Of a stretch of 64,000 nucleotides of DNA, positions 9,489-18,859 are shown one piece after another. Source of the stretch: an uncultured Porticoccaceae bacterium. Its GTDB lineage: Bacteria; Pseudomonadota; Gammaproteobacteria; Pseudomonadales; GM7GCV1. The notes beneath the pieces were generated by a model. The model was not told the DNA's origin and made no database searches. It was given only the letters and a program-made list of their open reading frames with translations. The stretch is taken from assembly GCA_964623085.1 (NCBI GenBank), contig CAZUTO010000007.1, positions 4,752 to 68,751 of the forward strand, in the 5' to 3' direction. The position numbers and the translations under genes were made by a program. Within the stretch, counting starts at the first letter, position 1; every line of letters starts with the position of its first letter.

Positions 9489-10132
9489 TGCTATATATTT
9501 TTGATTGGGATGGCACACTGAGCAATTCATTAGAGCGAATTGTGGTGTCGATGGAGCGCGCTTTTATTGATGCAAATAAGGCTGTTCCCGATGCAGAGGC
9601 GCGAAAATCCGTTATTGGTTTGAGCCTAGAGAATGCTTTTTCTGAATTACATCCTGGTGCAGATGCGGTGCTTCTTGAAAGATTGACAGGATATTACCGC
9701 GGGCACTATTTGGATCTGGATGCCGAAATTCCGTCACCTTTATTTGATGGGGCAATGGATCTTTTAGAAGCCCTAAAGCAACAAGGTCATCAGCTCGCAG
9801 TGGCAACCGGTAAAAGTCGTCGGGGCCTTGATCGCATTCTGTCTCATATGGAATTGCACAACTTCTTTGACGCGAGTCGCTGCGCTGATGAGACTAGATC
9901 TAAACCGCATCCGCAAATGTTGGAAGAGATTCTTGGTGAAACATCGGTTCGCGCATCAGACGCTTTAATGGTTGGCGATACCGACTTTGATATCTTAATG
10001 GCAAAGCATGCAAGTATGGGGTCGATAGCTGTCACCTACGGTGCGCACTCGCACGAGCGGTTAGCCAAGTCCAATCCGGACAGAATGATTGATCAGCTCT
10101 CAGAACTCTTGGAGCCGATGTTGGTAGAATAG
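9488..10132 (+). CDS. HAD-IA family phosphatase (phosphoglycolate-phosphatase-like)
   Basis: It has an FDWDGTL (DxDxT) motif I, an ATGKSR motif and a GDTDFD motif IV. The ATG overlaps the rluC TGA by 1 nt; the track start at 9485 is a TTG. Confidence 0.8.
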   Translation: MLYIFDWDGTLSNSLERIVVSMERAFIDANKAVPDAEARKSVIGLSLENAFSELHPGADAVLLERLTGYYRGHYLDLDAEIPSPLFDGAMDLLEALKQQGHQLAVATGKSRRGLDRILSHMELHNFFDASRCADETRSKPHPQMLEEILGETSVRASDALMVGDTDFDILMAKHASMGSIAVTYGAHSHERLAKSNPDRMIDQLSELLEPMLVE

Positions 10133-10716
10133 GTGTTGCGGGAATAACAGTCGAATCCTTGGTCGCGCAGAGTCTGGCTCAGCTGAATCAGCGGTAATCC
10201 GATGATTGCTGTGGGGTCTTCAGTCTTGATGGCATGAAATAGGCTAATGCCAAGCCCTTCGGCTTTAAAACTACCTGCACAATCATAGGGCTGTTCGATA
10301 CGGAGATAATTCTCGATTTCTAATAGATTGAGAATTCTAAATTCAACGACAGTCTTGTCAGTGAATTGCTCGCTTTGTCCATCGGGTGAGATTAGGCAAA
10401 CAGAGGTATAAAATTCAACACGGTTCCCTGAATACGCTTGTAAATCTTCCACGGCATGTGCATGTGATAGTGGTTTGGAAACTAATGTGTCGCGATTTTG
10501 AGCGCATTGGTCTGCGCCGATAATCCAGCAACCCTTCTTTAGCTTCGCGAGTTTTACTGCTTTTTGATGCGCTAATCTTTTTGCCAGCGTGGGTGCGTCT
10601 TCGTCTCTATGGGGAGACTCATCGATATCCGCCGACTCTGCCTCAAATTTCAAATTTAACCGCTGAAATAACTGCTGTTTGTATTTCGAATTAGTCGCAA
10701 GGATGATGTTTTGCAT
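10093..10716 (-). CDS. maf: Maf-family nucleoside triphosphate pyrophosphatase (YceF-type by position)
   Basis: 207 aa with ILATNSKYKQQL.. at the N-terminus and a YDCAGSFKAEGLG block. It is divergent from yceD, as in E. coli. Its 3' end overlaps the HAD gene by 40 nt. Confidence 0.85.
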   Translation of the reverse strand: MQNIILATNSKYKQQLFQRLNLKFEAESADIDESPHRDEDAPTLAKRLAHQKAVKLAKLKKGCWIIGADQCAQNRDTLVSKPLSHAHAVEDLQAYSGNRVEFYTSVCLISPDGQSEQFTDKTVVEFRILNLLEIENYLRIEQPYDCAGSFKAEGLGISLFHAIKTEDPTAIIGLPLIQLSQTLRDQGFDCYSRNTYSTNIGSKSSES

Positions 10717-10802
10717 GAGGTATGTCAGCTTTATAATTGTTTTTATTTAGTTTTTTATTATTGAGACGAGTTATTTGTGATCCTGTATTAAAGGAAAAAT
10801 CT

Positions 10803-10831
10803 TTGACAGTTTAGTGACGTATAACTATTAT
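10803..10831 (+). promoter_or_regulatory. candidate sigma70 promoter of the yceD-rpmF-plsX-fab operon
   Basis: TTGACA (10803-10808), a 17-nt spacer, then TATTAT (10826-10831). The -10 lies 30 nt upstream of the yceD ATG. Confidence 0.5.
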
Positions 10832-10861
10832 GGCGCGCCCTGATTGCTCCGGTGCTGGATT

Positions 10862-11368
10862 ATGCTTCCAAAGATGATCGACCCGCGTCGAATCGCGGAT
10901 CAGGATAGTGAGTACCAAACTAGCATGCAAGCAAGTTTATTGCCGCGGTTGACCGAGGCAGTAGATGCCATTGACGAAGAAATAGCAGTTGATCTGCGAT
11001 TCTTCCGCAACGAGCAAGGTCGAGTGTGTGTGAAAGGGGAGGCTTCTACCCGCGTCGACATGCGATGTCAGCGGTGTTTGAAGGTATCTGACCAACTATT
11101 GTTGGCCTCTATAGATTTGATCATTGTTTTTAGTGATGATCAGGCCAAATCACTGCCCAAAGAGCTAGATGCATGGGTGGTGGATGGTACAGCCGATTTG
11201 CACGGACTCATTGAGGACGAATTGCTATTGGCTATGCCTATAGTTGCGTATCACTCAGGCACAGATTGCAGTATTCCAGATGAATACATTGCGCGGGAAC
11301 AGGATAAAACTATAGGAAGGCAATCGCCTTTTGAAAAGTTGAAGGATCTAACCGGAAAAACCGATTAG
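10862..11368 (+). CDS. yceD: YceD/DUF177 family protein (large-subunit rRNA accumulation protein)
   Basis: It sits immediately upstream of rpmF and carries a CQRCL motif and an acidic C-terminal half. ATG 10862 is preferred over the TTG at 10844, which would overlap the predicted promoter. Confidence 0.85.
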   Translation: MLPKMIDPRRIADQDSEYQTSMQASLLPRLTEAVDAIDEEIAVDLRFFRNEQGRVCVKGEASTRVDMRCQRCLKVSDQLLLASIDLIIVFSDDQAKSLPKELDAWVVDGTADLHGLIEDELLLAMPIVAYHSGTDCSIPDEYIAREQDKTIGRQSPFEKLKDLTGKTD

Positions 11369-11404
11369 AGATGAATAAGACATTGATATACAGGTGGAGA
11401 ACAC

Positions 11405-11608
11405 ATGGCTGTTCAAAAAAGTAAAAAAACACGCTCTCGTCGAGGAATGCGTCGCTCTCATGATGCATTGGGTACAGCAACCTTATCGACGGACGCTGTA
11501 ACCGGTGAAAGACATCTGCGTCACCATGTTACTGCTGACGGCTTTTATCGCGGTAAGAAAGTGATCGATCTCGGCGACGGCGAAGTGGCAGAGGTAGACG
11601 AAGAGTAA
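11405..11608 (+). CDS. rpmF: 50S ribosomal protein L32
   Basis: [22 protein letters not shown].. is canonical L32. It has a short acidic C-terminal extension. Confidence 0.95.
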   Translation: MAVQKSKKTRSRRGMRRSHDALGTATLSTDAVTGERHLRHHVTADGFYRGKKVIDLGDGEVAEVDEE

Positions 11609-11657
11609 ACGCGCTCTCTGCTTTTTTGGCAGTTCTGCCAACACCAAATTCGCCGAT

Positions 11658-12638
11658 ATGACTCGGCTAGCTATCGATGTAATGGGCGGCGATCTCGGTG
11701 TCGCCCCCTTAGTCCTAGGCGCTATTCAGGCGCTTAAAGAGCTCCCAGATTTAAACTTAATTCTCGTTGGCAGCAAAGATGAAATTGTTGCGAGCATTGA
11801 TGTGCATTGCTACGGGAGTAGGGTGTCCATTGTTGATGTGCCTGATGTTGTGGATATGGACGACAATCCACTTGCCGCGTTGAGAAATAAACCAGATGCA
11901 TCTATGCCTGCAGCGTTAGACTTGCTCGCAGAAGGGAAGGTTGATGCCGTTGTTAGTGCAGGGAATACGGGTGCGTTGGTGGCATTTGGTGTTCAAAAAA
12001 TAGGCATGCAAGACCATTTTTCAAGACCTGCTATCTGTACGCAAATGCCCGCAGCGACGGGCACAACATGGTTGCTGGATTTGGGTGCCACACTCTCTGC
12101 TAATCAGGATCGATTTTTAGAGTTAGCTAAGCTTGGTGCTGAGCAGTGCCGTGCATATAACGGCGTCCACCGACCGAGAGTGGGCCTGCTGAATGTTGGT
12201 GTAGAAGAAGGGAAAGGAACAGAAGAGCTTGCTCTCGCGGCTACTCAAATGGTGAATGAAACCGACTATGAATATTGCGGTTACGTTGAAGGCGGTTCTA
12301 TATTCTCGGAACAAGTAGATGTGGTTGTTTGTGACGGTTTTTCGGGCAATGTCGCGATAAAAACTGCGCAGGGAATGCTTCGGTTGATTGTTGAAAAAAT
12401 ATCACAGTGGAGAGAATCAGGCTGGTTTTCCCGGATTTTACTCTGGGTGTTTTCTCCCGCTCTTAAACGAATCGCTCGTGAACTTAATCCGGCTACCTAT
12501 AATGGAGCGCCTTTATTGGGTCTTAAGGGCCTAGTAGTAAAGAGCCATGGTCATGCGGGTGAACAAGATTTTTCTAACGCAGTTCTATTGGCAGTGAAAA
12601 TAATCGAAAGAAAAGGGAAAATGGCAGCCGACTCCTGA
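11658..12638 (+). CDS. plsX: phosphate acyltransferase PlsX
   Basis: 326 aa with an IAIDVMGGD-type N-terminus (LAIDVMGGDLG) and conserved rpmF-plsX-fab synteny. Confidence 0.93.
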   Translation: MTRLAIDVMGGDLGVAPLVLGAIQALKELPDLNLILVGSKDEIVASIDVHCYGSRVSIVDVPDVVDMDDNPLAALRNKPDASMPAALDLLAEGKVDAVVSAGNTGALVAFGVQKIGMQDHFSRPAICTQMPAATGTTWLLDLGATLSANQDRFLELAKLGAEQCRAYNGVHRPRVGLLNVGVEEGKGTEELALAATQMVNETDYEYCGYVEGGSIFSEQVDVVVCDGFSGNVAIKTAQGMLRLIVEKISQWRESGWFSRILLWVFSPALKRIARELNPATYNGAPLLGLKGLVVKSHGHAGEQDFSNAVLLAVKIIERKGKMAADS

Positions 12639-12676
12639 TCTGCATAGTTATATAAGATTAAAAATAAGAGGTAGAA

Positions 12677-13612
12677 ATGACACAACAAAATCTTGGGTTT
12701 GTTTTTCCTGGCCAGGGTTCGCAGCAAATTGGCATGCTTTCAAGTATTGCGGAAGAAAATTCAGAGGTAAAAGATACTTTTATCGAAGCTTCTGATGTGC
12801 TCGGCTACGACCTTTGGGACCTAGCTCAAAATGGTGAGCCACAGGCGATCAACCAAACCGAAGTTACTCAGCCATTATTGCTTACAGCCAGTTTTGCTTT
12901 GTGGCGGCTATGGCAGTCTCATGATGGAGCGACGCCATCGGTAATGGCGGGGCATAGCCTCGGAGAATGGTCGGCACTCGTTTGTGCAGGTGTAGTTGAG
13001 TTTTCCGATGCGGTAGCCATGGTTAGAAATCGTGGGCGTTACATGCAATCTGCTGTGCCGGAAGGGCAAGGCGCGATGGCGGCAATTATTGGGTTGGATG
13101 ACGAGCTCACCCAGCAAGCCTGTATGTCTGCGGCCAACGGCGGTGTGGTTGCTCCGGTCAATTTCAATTCTAGTGGTCAGGTGGTGATTGCCGGTGAAAC
13201 CGATGCAGTAAATAGAGCAATGGAAGCCTGCAAAGATGCTGGTGCACGCAAGGCGATGTTGCTCCCGGTTAGCGCGCCCTTTCATACCTCGTTGATGCAG
13301 CCAGCCGCTGATCAATTAGCCGGCGACCTATCCAATATCGTATTTTCAGCGCCGAGCATTCCGATTATCCATAATGTGACTGTTTCAGTGGAGTCTTCTC
13401 CTGATGCTATTCGAGACCTGATGATTCAGCAAATAACGGCGCCTGTTCCTTGGGTTGCGACTATTCAAAAGCTGAAAGAAATGGGGGTTGAGTCTCTTGT
13501 TGAATGCGGCCCTGGGAAAGTGCTCGTTGGATTGATTAAACGCATCGAACGTGAGTTTACAAATACCAATATTGATACTGTTGATAATTTTGTCGCTGCG
13601 GTGCAGCAATAG
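12677..13612 (+). CDS. fabD: malonyl-CoA:ACP transacylase
   Basis: 311 aa with the FVFPGQGSQ and GHSLGEWSAL active-site motifs. Confidence 0.95.
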   Translation: MTQQNLGFVFPGQGSQQIGMLSSIAEENSEVKDTFIEASDVLGYDLWDLAQNGEPQAINQTEVTQPLLLTASFALWRLWQSHDGATPSVMAGHSLGEWSALVCAGVVEFSDAVAMVRNRGRYMQSAVPEGQGAMAAIIGLDDELTQQACMSAANGGVVAPVNFNSSGQVVIAGETDAVNRAMEACKDAGARKAMLLPVSAPFHTSLMQPAADQLAGDLSNIVFSAPSIPIIHNVTVSVESSPDAIRDLMIQQITAPVPWVATIQKLKEMGVESLVECGPGKVLVGLIKRIEREFTNTNIDTVDNFVAAVQQ

Positions 13613-13632
13613 TAAAACCTGAGAGGCCTAGT

Positions 13633-14376
13633 ATGTCGTTAGAAAAAAAAGTAGCGCTTGTGACTGGTGCCAGCAGAGGAATCGGCGCAACTATCGCCAA
13701 TTTCCTCGGTGAGCAGGGCGCAACAGTGATTGGAACGGCTACGTCCGATTCCGGTGCGGAGTCTATTAGCGAAAGACTCTCAGGATTGGGAATAACTGGC
13801 AAGGGAGCAAAGCTCAATGTGAATGATACTGAGTCTATCGATAGCCTAATTAAGGGTATTGGGGATGAGTATGGTGCGCCAACCATATTGGTTAATAACG
13901 CGGGTATCACTAAAGACAATCTCATGCTGCGTATGAAAGACGAAGAATGGAGTGAAGTGATAAACACTAATCTGAATGCTGTTTATCGCGTGACTAAAGC
14001 CTGTCTTCGTGGCATGACCAAGGCAAGATGGGGGCGCATTATTAATATCAGCTCTGTCGTGGGATCCATGGGGAATGCAGGTCAGTGTAACTATGCAGCA
14101 ACCAAAGCTGGCGTCGCCGGGTTTTCTCGTTCGCTAGGAAAGGAGGTGGGAGCGCGTGGTGTGACGGTAAATACAGTGGCGCCAGGATTTATAGATACGG
14201 ATATGACCAAGGTTTTGGAGGATTCGCAGCGAGATAGCATGCTTTCTATCGTGCCAATGCAGCGTCTTGGTAAGCCGGAAGAAGTGGCTGCAGTGGTCCG
14301 TTTTTTGGCATCAGAAGACGCTGCATACATAACCGGTGAGACGATTCATGTGAACGGTGGTATGTACATGGCCTAG
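13633..14376 (+). CDS. fabG: 3-oxoacyl-ACP reductase
   Basis: 247-aa SDR with TGASRGIG and YAATKAG (YxxxK) motifs. It lies between fabD and acpP. Confidence 0.95.
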   Translation: MSLEKKVALVTGASRGIGATIANFLGEQGATVIGTATSDSGAESISERLSGLGITGKGAKLNVNDTESIDSLIKGIGDEYGAPTILVNNAGITKDNLMLRMKDEEWSEVINTNLNAVYRVTKACLRGMTKARWGRIINISSVVGSMGNAGQCNYAATKAGVAGFSRSLGKEVGARGVTVNTVAPGFIDTDMTKVLEDSQRDSMLSIVPMQRLGKPEEVAAVVRFLASEDAAYITGETIHVNGGMYMA

Positions 14377-14415
14377 CGGTCAGATTTAGGCCAAAAAAAG
14401 GGATATGACAGCCTT

Positions 14416-14443
14416 TTGCAAAAAAGATTGAAGTATGTAAAAT
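14416..14443 (+). promoter_or_regulatory. candidate sigma70 promoter of acpP
   Basis: TTGCAA (14416-14421), a 16-nt spacer, then TAAAAT (14438-14443), within the 150-bp fabG-acpP spacer. Confidence 0.45.
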
Positions 14444-14527
14444 GGCGCGTCCTTGACCTTGACAGAGTTTCCGAGCTGCTGGCCGGTTGGGTCACAGTTT
14501 TAGTTAAACAATTGGGGAGATGACTAC

Positions 14528-14764
14528 ATGAGTAGTATCGAAGAACGCGTAAAGAAAATCGTTGCCGAACAATTGGGCGTGAATGAATCAGAAGTAAATG
14601 CTTCAGCGTCTTTTGTCGACGATTTGGGCGCCGATTCACTGGACACTGTTGAGTTGGTTATGGCTTTGGAAGAGGAATTTGAGACTGAAATTCCAGATGA
14701 AGCAGCCGAAAAGATAACAACGGTTCAGCTGGCGATAGATTACGTTAATAATAATCTAGCCTAG
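14528..14764 (+). CDS. acpP: acyl carrier protein
   Basis: 78 aa with the [20 protein letters not shown] phosphopantetheine-attachment motif. Confidence 0.97.
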   Translation: MSSIEERVKKIVAEQLGVNESEVNASASFVDDLGADSLDTVELVMALEEEFETEIPDEAAEKITTVQLAIDYVNNNLA

Positions 14765-14789
14765 ACAGACTCAGTTTGTTTTAAGAAAG

Positions 14790-14819
14790 CCGGTTGGTAT
14801 ATTGCCAACCGGTTTTTTT
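14790..14819 (+). terminator. rho-independent terminator after acpP
   Basis: An 8-bp stem (CCGGTTGG / CCAACCGG) with a 7-nt loop is followed by TTTTTTT. Confidence 0.8.
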
Positions 14820-14863
14820 ATGTCTGAGATTAGGTCTAAACCAAGACAATTCAATTGGCTGCT

Positions 14864-15703
14864 ATGAAAGTGAATTGGTGGGTAGATGGTGCAGAAACGG
14901 ATGCGCTGCCGCTAGATAATCGTGGCCTTGGTTATGGAGATGGCCTTTTCGAAACCATGCGTGCCCTAGATGGCCAAATCCCTTTGCTCGATTTGCACCT
15001 GAGTCGCTTATCTCGAGGCGCTGCTGCTCTTGGCCTCAATGTTGATCTTGTTGTGATCAAGCAGAGAATCAATCAATCTCTCAATTGGGTATTGGAAACC
15101 GGTTGGACTCAGGCAGTCATTAAAATTGTCGTCATTCGCAGTGGTTTTAGCGATGGATATGGATACCCAGAACATTCCACATCACATGATTTGATAAGAG
15201 CCACGGAGCTGTTATTGCCTGAAAATACCAGTGTCCTTTATTCTAGAATATGCAAACATGTGCTGTCTCATCAGCCTGTACTCGCAGGGTTAAAGCATCT
15301 AAATAGACTTGATCAAGTAATCGCGAGTAGCGAGTTAGAAGAAGAACAAGAAGGACTGATGCTGGACTCCGAAGGTTATATACGAGACGGTATTTCTAGT
15401 AACATTTTTTTTGTGAAGGGTGATGAGGTTTCAACTCCAGATCTAGCTGGCAGTGGTGTTAGAGGCGTCATGAGGGACTATTTGATTAGCCAGATAGGAC
15501 TAATAGAACGTTTCCGGTTTCGTGAACGATCTATCCATTTTTCCGAGATTAAAGACGTGGATGAGGTGATTTTTACCAATGCTATTCGAGGGGTTCGTAA
15601 CGCAATGTCCATTAAGGATGAATGGGCATCTGAACAAACGGAAGTGGGCGATCAGATGCGTGCTCTTCTTTTTAACCTATCAAAGAGTTTTATAAGCTAC
15701 TGA
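14864..15703 (+). CDS. pabC: aminodeoxychorismate lyase (class IV aminotransferase fold)
   Basis: It has RGLGYGDGLFET near the N-terminus and the conserved position before mltG-tmk-holB. An ATG is at 14864; the track start at 14855 is a TTG. Confidence 0.8.
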   Translation: MKVNWWVDGAETDALPLDNRGLGYGDGLFETMRALDGQIPLLDLHLSRLSRGAAALGLNVDLVVIKQRINQSLNWVLETGWTQAVIKIVVIRSGFSDGYGYPEHSTSHDLIRATELLLPENTSVLYSRICKHVLSHQPVLAGLKHLNRLDQVIASSELEEEQEGLMLDSEGYIRDGISSNIFFVKGDEVSTPDLAGSGVRGVMRDYLISQIGLIERFRFRERSIHFSEIKDVDEVIFTNAIRGVRNAMSIKDEWASEQTEVGDQMRALLFNLSKSFISY

Positions 15704-16782
15704 TGCGCTTTTCCATTGCCTATATGAGTAAACTGATTGGTGGGGCATCGCTGATTGCGCTTTTGATTTTGGTGCCTTTGTGCTGGTTCTTCTATCAAGC
15801 CTATTTAGAGAAGCCACTCGATATTACTGACGAAGGTTTAATATTTAATGTGCCTGAGAATAGCAATCTCTATGCTGTTTCCAGCGAATTGGCGCTTTCT
15901 GGTTATCTAAAATATCCCCGTATTCTAGTTTTGCATGCGCGCTGGAATGAACAGACAGATATTAAGGCTGGTGAATATCACTTTGAGGCAGGTATGACAC
16001 CTGTTGCTATATTAGAGCAACTAAATCGCGGATCAGTTATCCAGCACCCCGTGACGATTATTGAGGGCTGGCGGCTATCTGAGATTCTTGATGCGCTGCA
16101 AGCCAATCCGCAGGTTGACTCGCATTTGACAGGTAAATCGAATCAAGAGATTGCGCAGTTGTTGGAATTGGACGTTTCTTCCCTAGAAGGTTGGTTCTAC
16201 CCTGATACCTATATTTTTCCTCGCGGAACAACTGATATCGAAATACTAAAGCAGGCATACAGCCGCATGAATGAAGTTTTGGACGAGGAGTGGTCAGACA
16301 AAGACAAAGACTTACCGTTCGATACGCCCTATGAGGCACTTATTTTGGCTTCGTTAATCGAAAAAGAAACCGGTGTAGCGCACGAGCGATCTGAAATTGC
16401 CGGCGTGTTTGTGCGACGTTTACAAAAGGGAATGCGACTACAGACAGATCCAACGGTGATTTATGGTTTGGGTTCAGAGTTTGATGGTAATTTAACACGC
16501 GCGCATCTTTTAGAAGAAACACCCTATAACACCTACCGGATTAATGGGTTGCCACCCACGCCTATTGCGGCTCCAGGCCGCGATGCGATTCGAGCTGCGG
16601 TGAACCCTGCTGAGGGAAATGCGCTTTATTTTGTGGGGCGTGGCGATGGAGCGCACCAATTTTCAGCTACACTAGAAGAGCACAATGCGGCGGTACGCAA
16701 ATATCAGATAGAGCAGCGCGCACCCGATTATCGATCTTCCGTTAATCCCGCTTCGTCGGGCGCTCCTGAGACTGCTCAATAG
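15703..16782 (+). CDS. mltG: endolytic murein transglycosylase MltG (YceG)
   Basis: 359 aa with an N-terminal TM helix and a LASLIEKETG catalytic-Glu block. The start overlaps the pabC stop (TGATG). Confidence 0.9.
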   Translation: MRFSIAYMSKLIGGASLIALLILVPLCWFFYQAYLEKPLDITDEGLIFNVPENSNLYAVSSELALSGYLKYPRILVLHARWNEQTDIKAGEYHFEAGMTPVAILEQLNRGSVIQHPVTIIEGWRLSEILDALQANPQVDSHLTGKSNQEIAQLLELDVSSLEGWFYPDTYIFPRGTTDIEILKQAYSRMNEVLDEEWSDKDKDLPFDTPYEALILASLIEKETGVAHERSEIAGVFVRRLQKGMRLQTDPTVIYGLGSEFDGNLTRAHLLEETPYNTYRINGLPPTPIAAPGRDAIRAAVNPAEGNALYFVGRGDGAHQFSATLEEHNAAVRKYQIEQRAPDYRSSVNPASSGAPETAQ

Positions 16783-16800
16783 TCATATTCAGAGATTCAT

Positions 16801-17442
16801 ATGGTGAGCATGCGACGAGGGAAATTTATTACAGTTGAAGGGTTGGAGGGTGCCGGAAAATCTACCAATCTGAAGGTGGTAGAAGAATACCTTGCGGAAA
16901 ACCATATTAGTTTAGTGTCTACCCGTGAACCGGGCGGGACTTTATATGGCGAAAAGATGCGCGAACTTTTATTGGCGCATTTTGACGAACAGTTGGAAGC
17001 GAATGCAGAGCTGCTTCTGATCTTTGCTGCTCGCGCACAGCACCTTGCGCAAAAAATAATTCCAGCACTCGAGCGTGGCGATTGGGTGCTGAGCGATCGC
17101 TTTACCGATGCCACCTATGCATACCAAGGTGCAGGTAGAGATCTAGGTGTGGATAAAGTAGCGCTGCTTGAGGACTTTGTTCAGGGAGAATTACGACCTG
17201 ACCTTACGCTAATTTTGGATTTGCCGATTGAAGTTGGTATGCAGCGGGTTGATGCGCGAGGTGAACGAGATCGATTTGAGTCCGAACAAAGGCAATTTTT
17301 CGAGAAAGTCCGAGCAGCATATCTCAGTCGTGCGAAGGCATCGCCGGAACGTTATACATTGATAGATACTAGTCAGACACGCGAAGCGGTTAAGCAAGAT
17401 ATTCGCGCGCAGCTTTCGGGTTTATTGGATGCGCATGGCTAG
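16801..17442 (+). CDS. tmk: thymidylate kinase
   Basis: FITVEGLEGAGKST P-loop and a DRF..ATYAYQG block. Confidence 0.93.
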   Translation: MVSMRRGKFITVEGLEGAGKSTNLKVVEEYLAENHISLVSTREPGGTLYGEKMRELLLAHFDEQLEANAELLLIFAARAQHLAQKIIPALERGDWVLSDRFTDATYAYQGAGRDLGVDKVALLEDFVQGELRPDLTLILDLPIEVGMQRVDARGERDRFESEQRQFFEKVRAAYLSRAKASPERYTLIDTSQTREAVKQDIRAQLSGLLDAHG

Positions 17443-18367
17443 CCCTAGTATAGCTAATATGCCTTGGTTGCAGCCTGCCTATGATCATCTTGTTGGCGAG
17501 GTTCGCGCGAATAGGCAGGCGCATGCTCTGCTTGTTCAGGGAGACGGTGGTATTGGCATTCAGGCGCTGGCAGATACGTTTTTGCACTATCGGCTCTGTG
17601 ATCAACCACTCGAAAATGCCTGTGGGCAGTGTAAATCCTGTCATTTGTTGGGTGCGCAGACACATCCGGATATTCAGATGGTCACGCCTTCCGGCGCCAG
17701 CGATATGATTAAAGTAGAGCAGGTGCGGGCGGTGGTTAACTTTTTGTCTCAGACACCACAGATAGCGAAATGGAAGCTTGTCTGCGTTACTGCCGCACAC
17801 CGTATGAATATTAATGCCGCCAATGCACTGCTGAAAATTCTCGAAGAGCCGCCCGGGAATAGTCTAATAGTATTGGTCTCTGATCGGCCTCAGTTGCTTA
17901 TTCCGACAGTTCGTAGCCGATGTCGTAATTTGGACGTGGGGAGACCTAGTGAAGCTGAAACAAAGGCGTTTTGCTTGGCAAACGGAGTTTCTGAAGAACA
18001 GCTTACCGAGTTAATCCCGATTTTAGGTTTGCGGCCGGTCAAAATAGCGAGCTGGGTTCAGGATGAACAATATCAGCAATGGAAGCTACTTCTAGATGGT
18101 TTGGATAAATTCAAAAAAAACGACCTGACAGCGAGTGAGTTGACTGAACTATTGAAAGACTTAAGCCTGATGGATATTCTCGAATGGTTGATGCAACTTA
18201 CGGCGTCTCGAGCAAAGTTAGCTGTAGTGGCCAATATTCACTCACATTGGGCCACTTTTTACGAATGGCTTGCTGGCAGACGGCTCAATGTTGAGCATGG
18301 CAGTAACCCTAATCGGCAACTTCTTCTCGACGAATGTTTTTTTCGCTGGAAGGCGATAGTTCTCTAA
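17429..18367 (+). CDS. holB: DNA polymerase III delta' subunit
   Basis: 312 aa with a clamp-loader AAA+-like fold (HALLVQGDGGIG, CGQCKSC zinc module, LLKILEEPP, RSRC). It lies after tmk. Confidence 0.88.
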   Translation: MRMASPSIANMPWLQPAYDHLVGEVRANRQAHALLVQGDGGIGIQALADTFLHYRLCDQPLENACGQCKSCHLLGAQTHPDIQMVTPSGASDMIKVEQVRAVVNFLSQTPQIAKWKLVCVTAAHRMNINAANALLKILEEPPGNSLIVLVSDRPQLLIPTVRSRCRNLDVGRPSEAETKAFCLANGVSEEQLTELIPILGLRPVKIASWVQDEQYQQWKLLLDGLDKFKKNDLTASELTELLKDLSLMDILEWLMQLTASRAKLAVVANIHSHWATFYEWLAGRRLNVEHGSNPNRQLLLDECFFRWKAIVL

Positions 18368-18449
18368 ACAAACAGTTACGAGGGGATTTAGCTTGCAGCA
18401 AGGCTGCGCTCATCGCTAAAATCTACACAAAGCAAACTAGGAATACAGT

Positions 18450-18797
18450 ATGGGGGCAGGATACGGGGGTAAAGGTGGCATTCTCACAGTCGAATTGCGT
18501 GATCAGGCGAGTTTATTTAAAGCGTATATGCCGTTTGTCAAAGGTGGCGGTATATTTGTACCTACTGCCCGAGCTCACAAGATGGGCGAAGAAGTATTCG
18601 TTTTATTGCAATTGCTTGAGCAGCGCGAGCCAATCCCCGTTGCGGCAAAAGTGATATGGGTGTCTCCTGCGGGATCAAGTACCTATACTCAGGGTATTGG
18701 CATACAGCTAGGCGATGATAATCGCGAATTGATGAACCGTATCGAAACGCAGCTTACAGAGGTCTTAAATTCTCCTAAGCCTACCTCCACAATGTAG
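18450..18797 (+). CDS. pilZ: PilZ-domain protein (type IV pilus assembly PilZ orthologue by position)
   Basis: 115 aa with a LFKAYMPFVKGGGIFVPT..GEEVFVLL..GIGIQ pattern. The holB-pilZ-tatD order matches Pseudomonas. Confidence 0.8.
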   Translation: MGAGYGGKGGILTVELRDQASLFKAYMPFVKGGGIFVPTARAHKMGEEVFVLLQLLEQREPIPVAAKVIWVSPAGSSTYTQGIGIQLGDDNRELMNRIETQLTEVLNSPKPTSTM

Positions 18798-18859
18798 TAG
18801 AATATTGATCGTTTGCTGTAGCTACTAACTATAGGGCGCCCAAATGTTTCGGCTGATCA

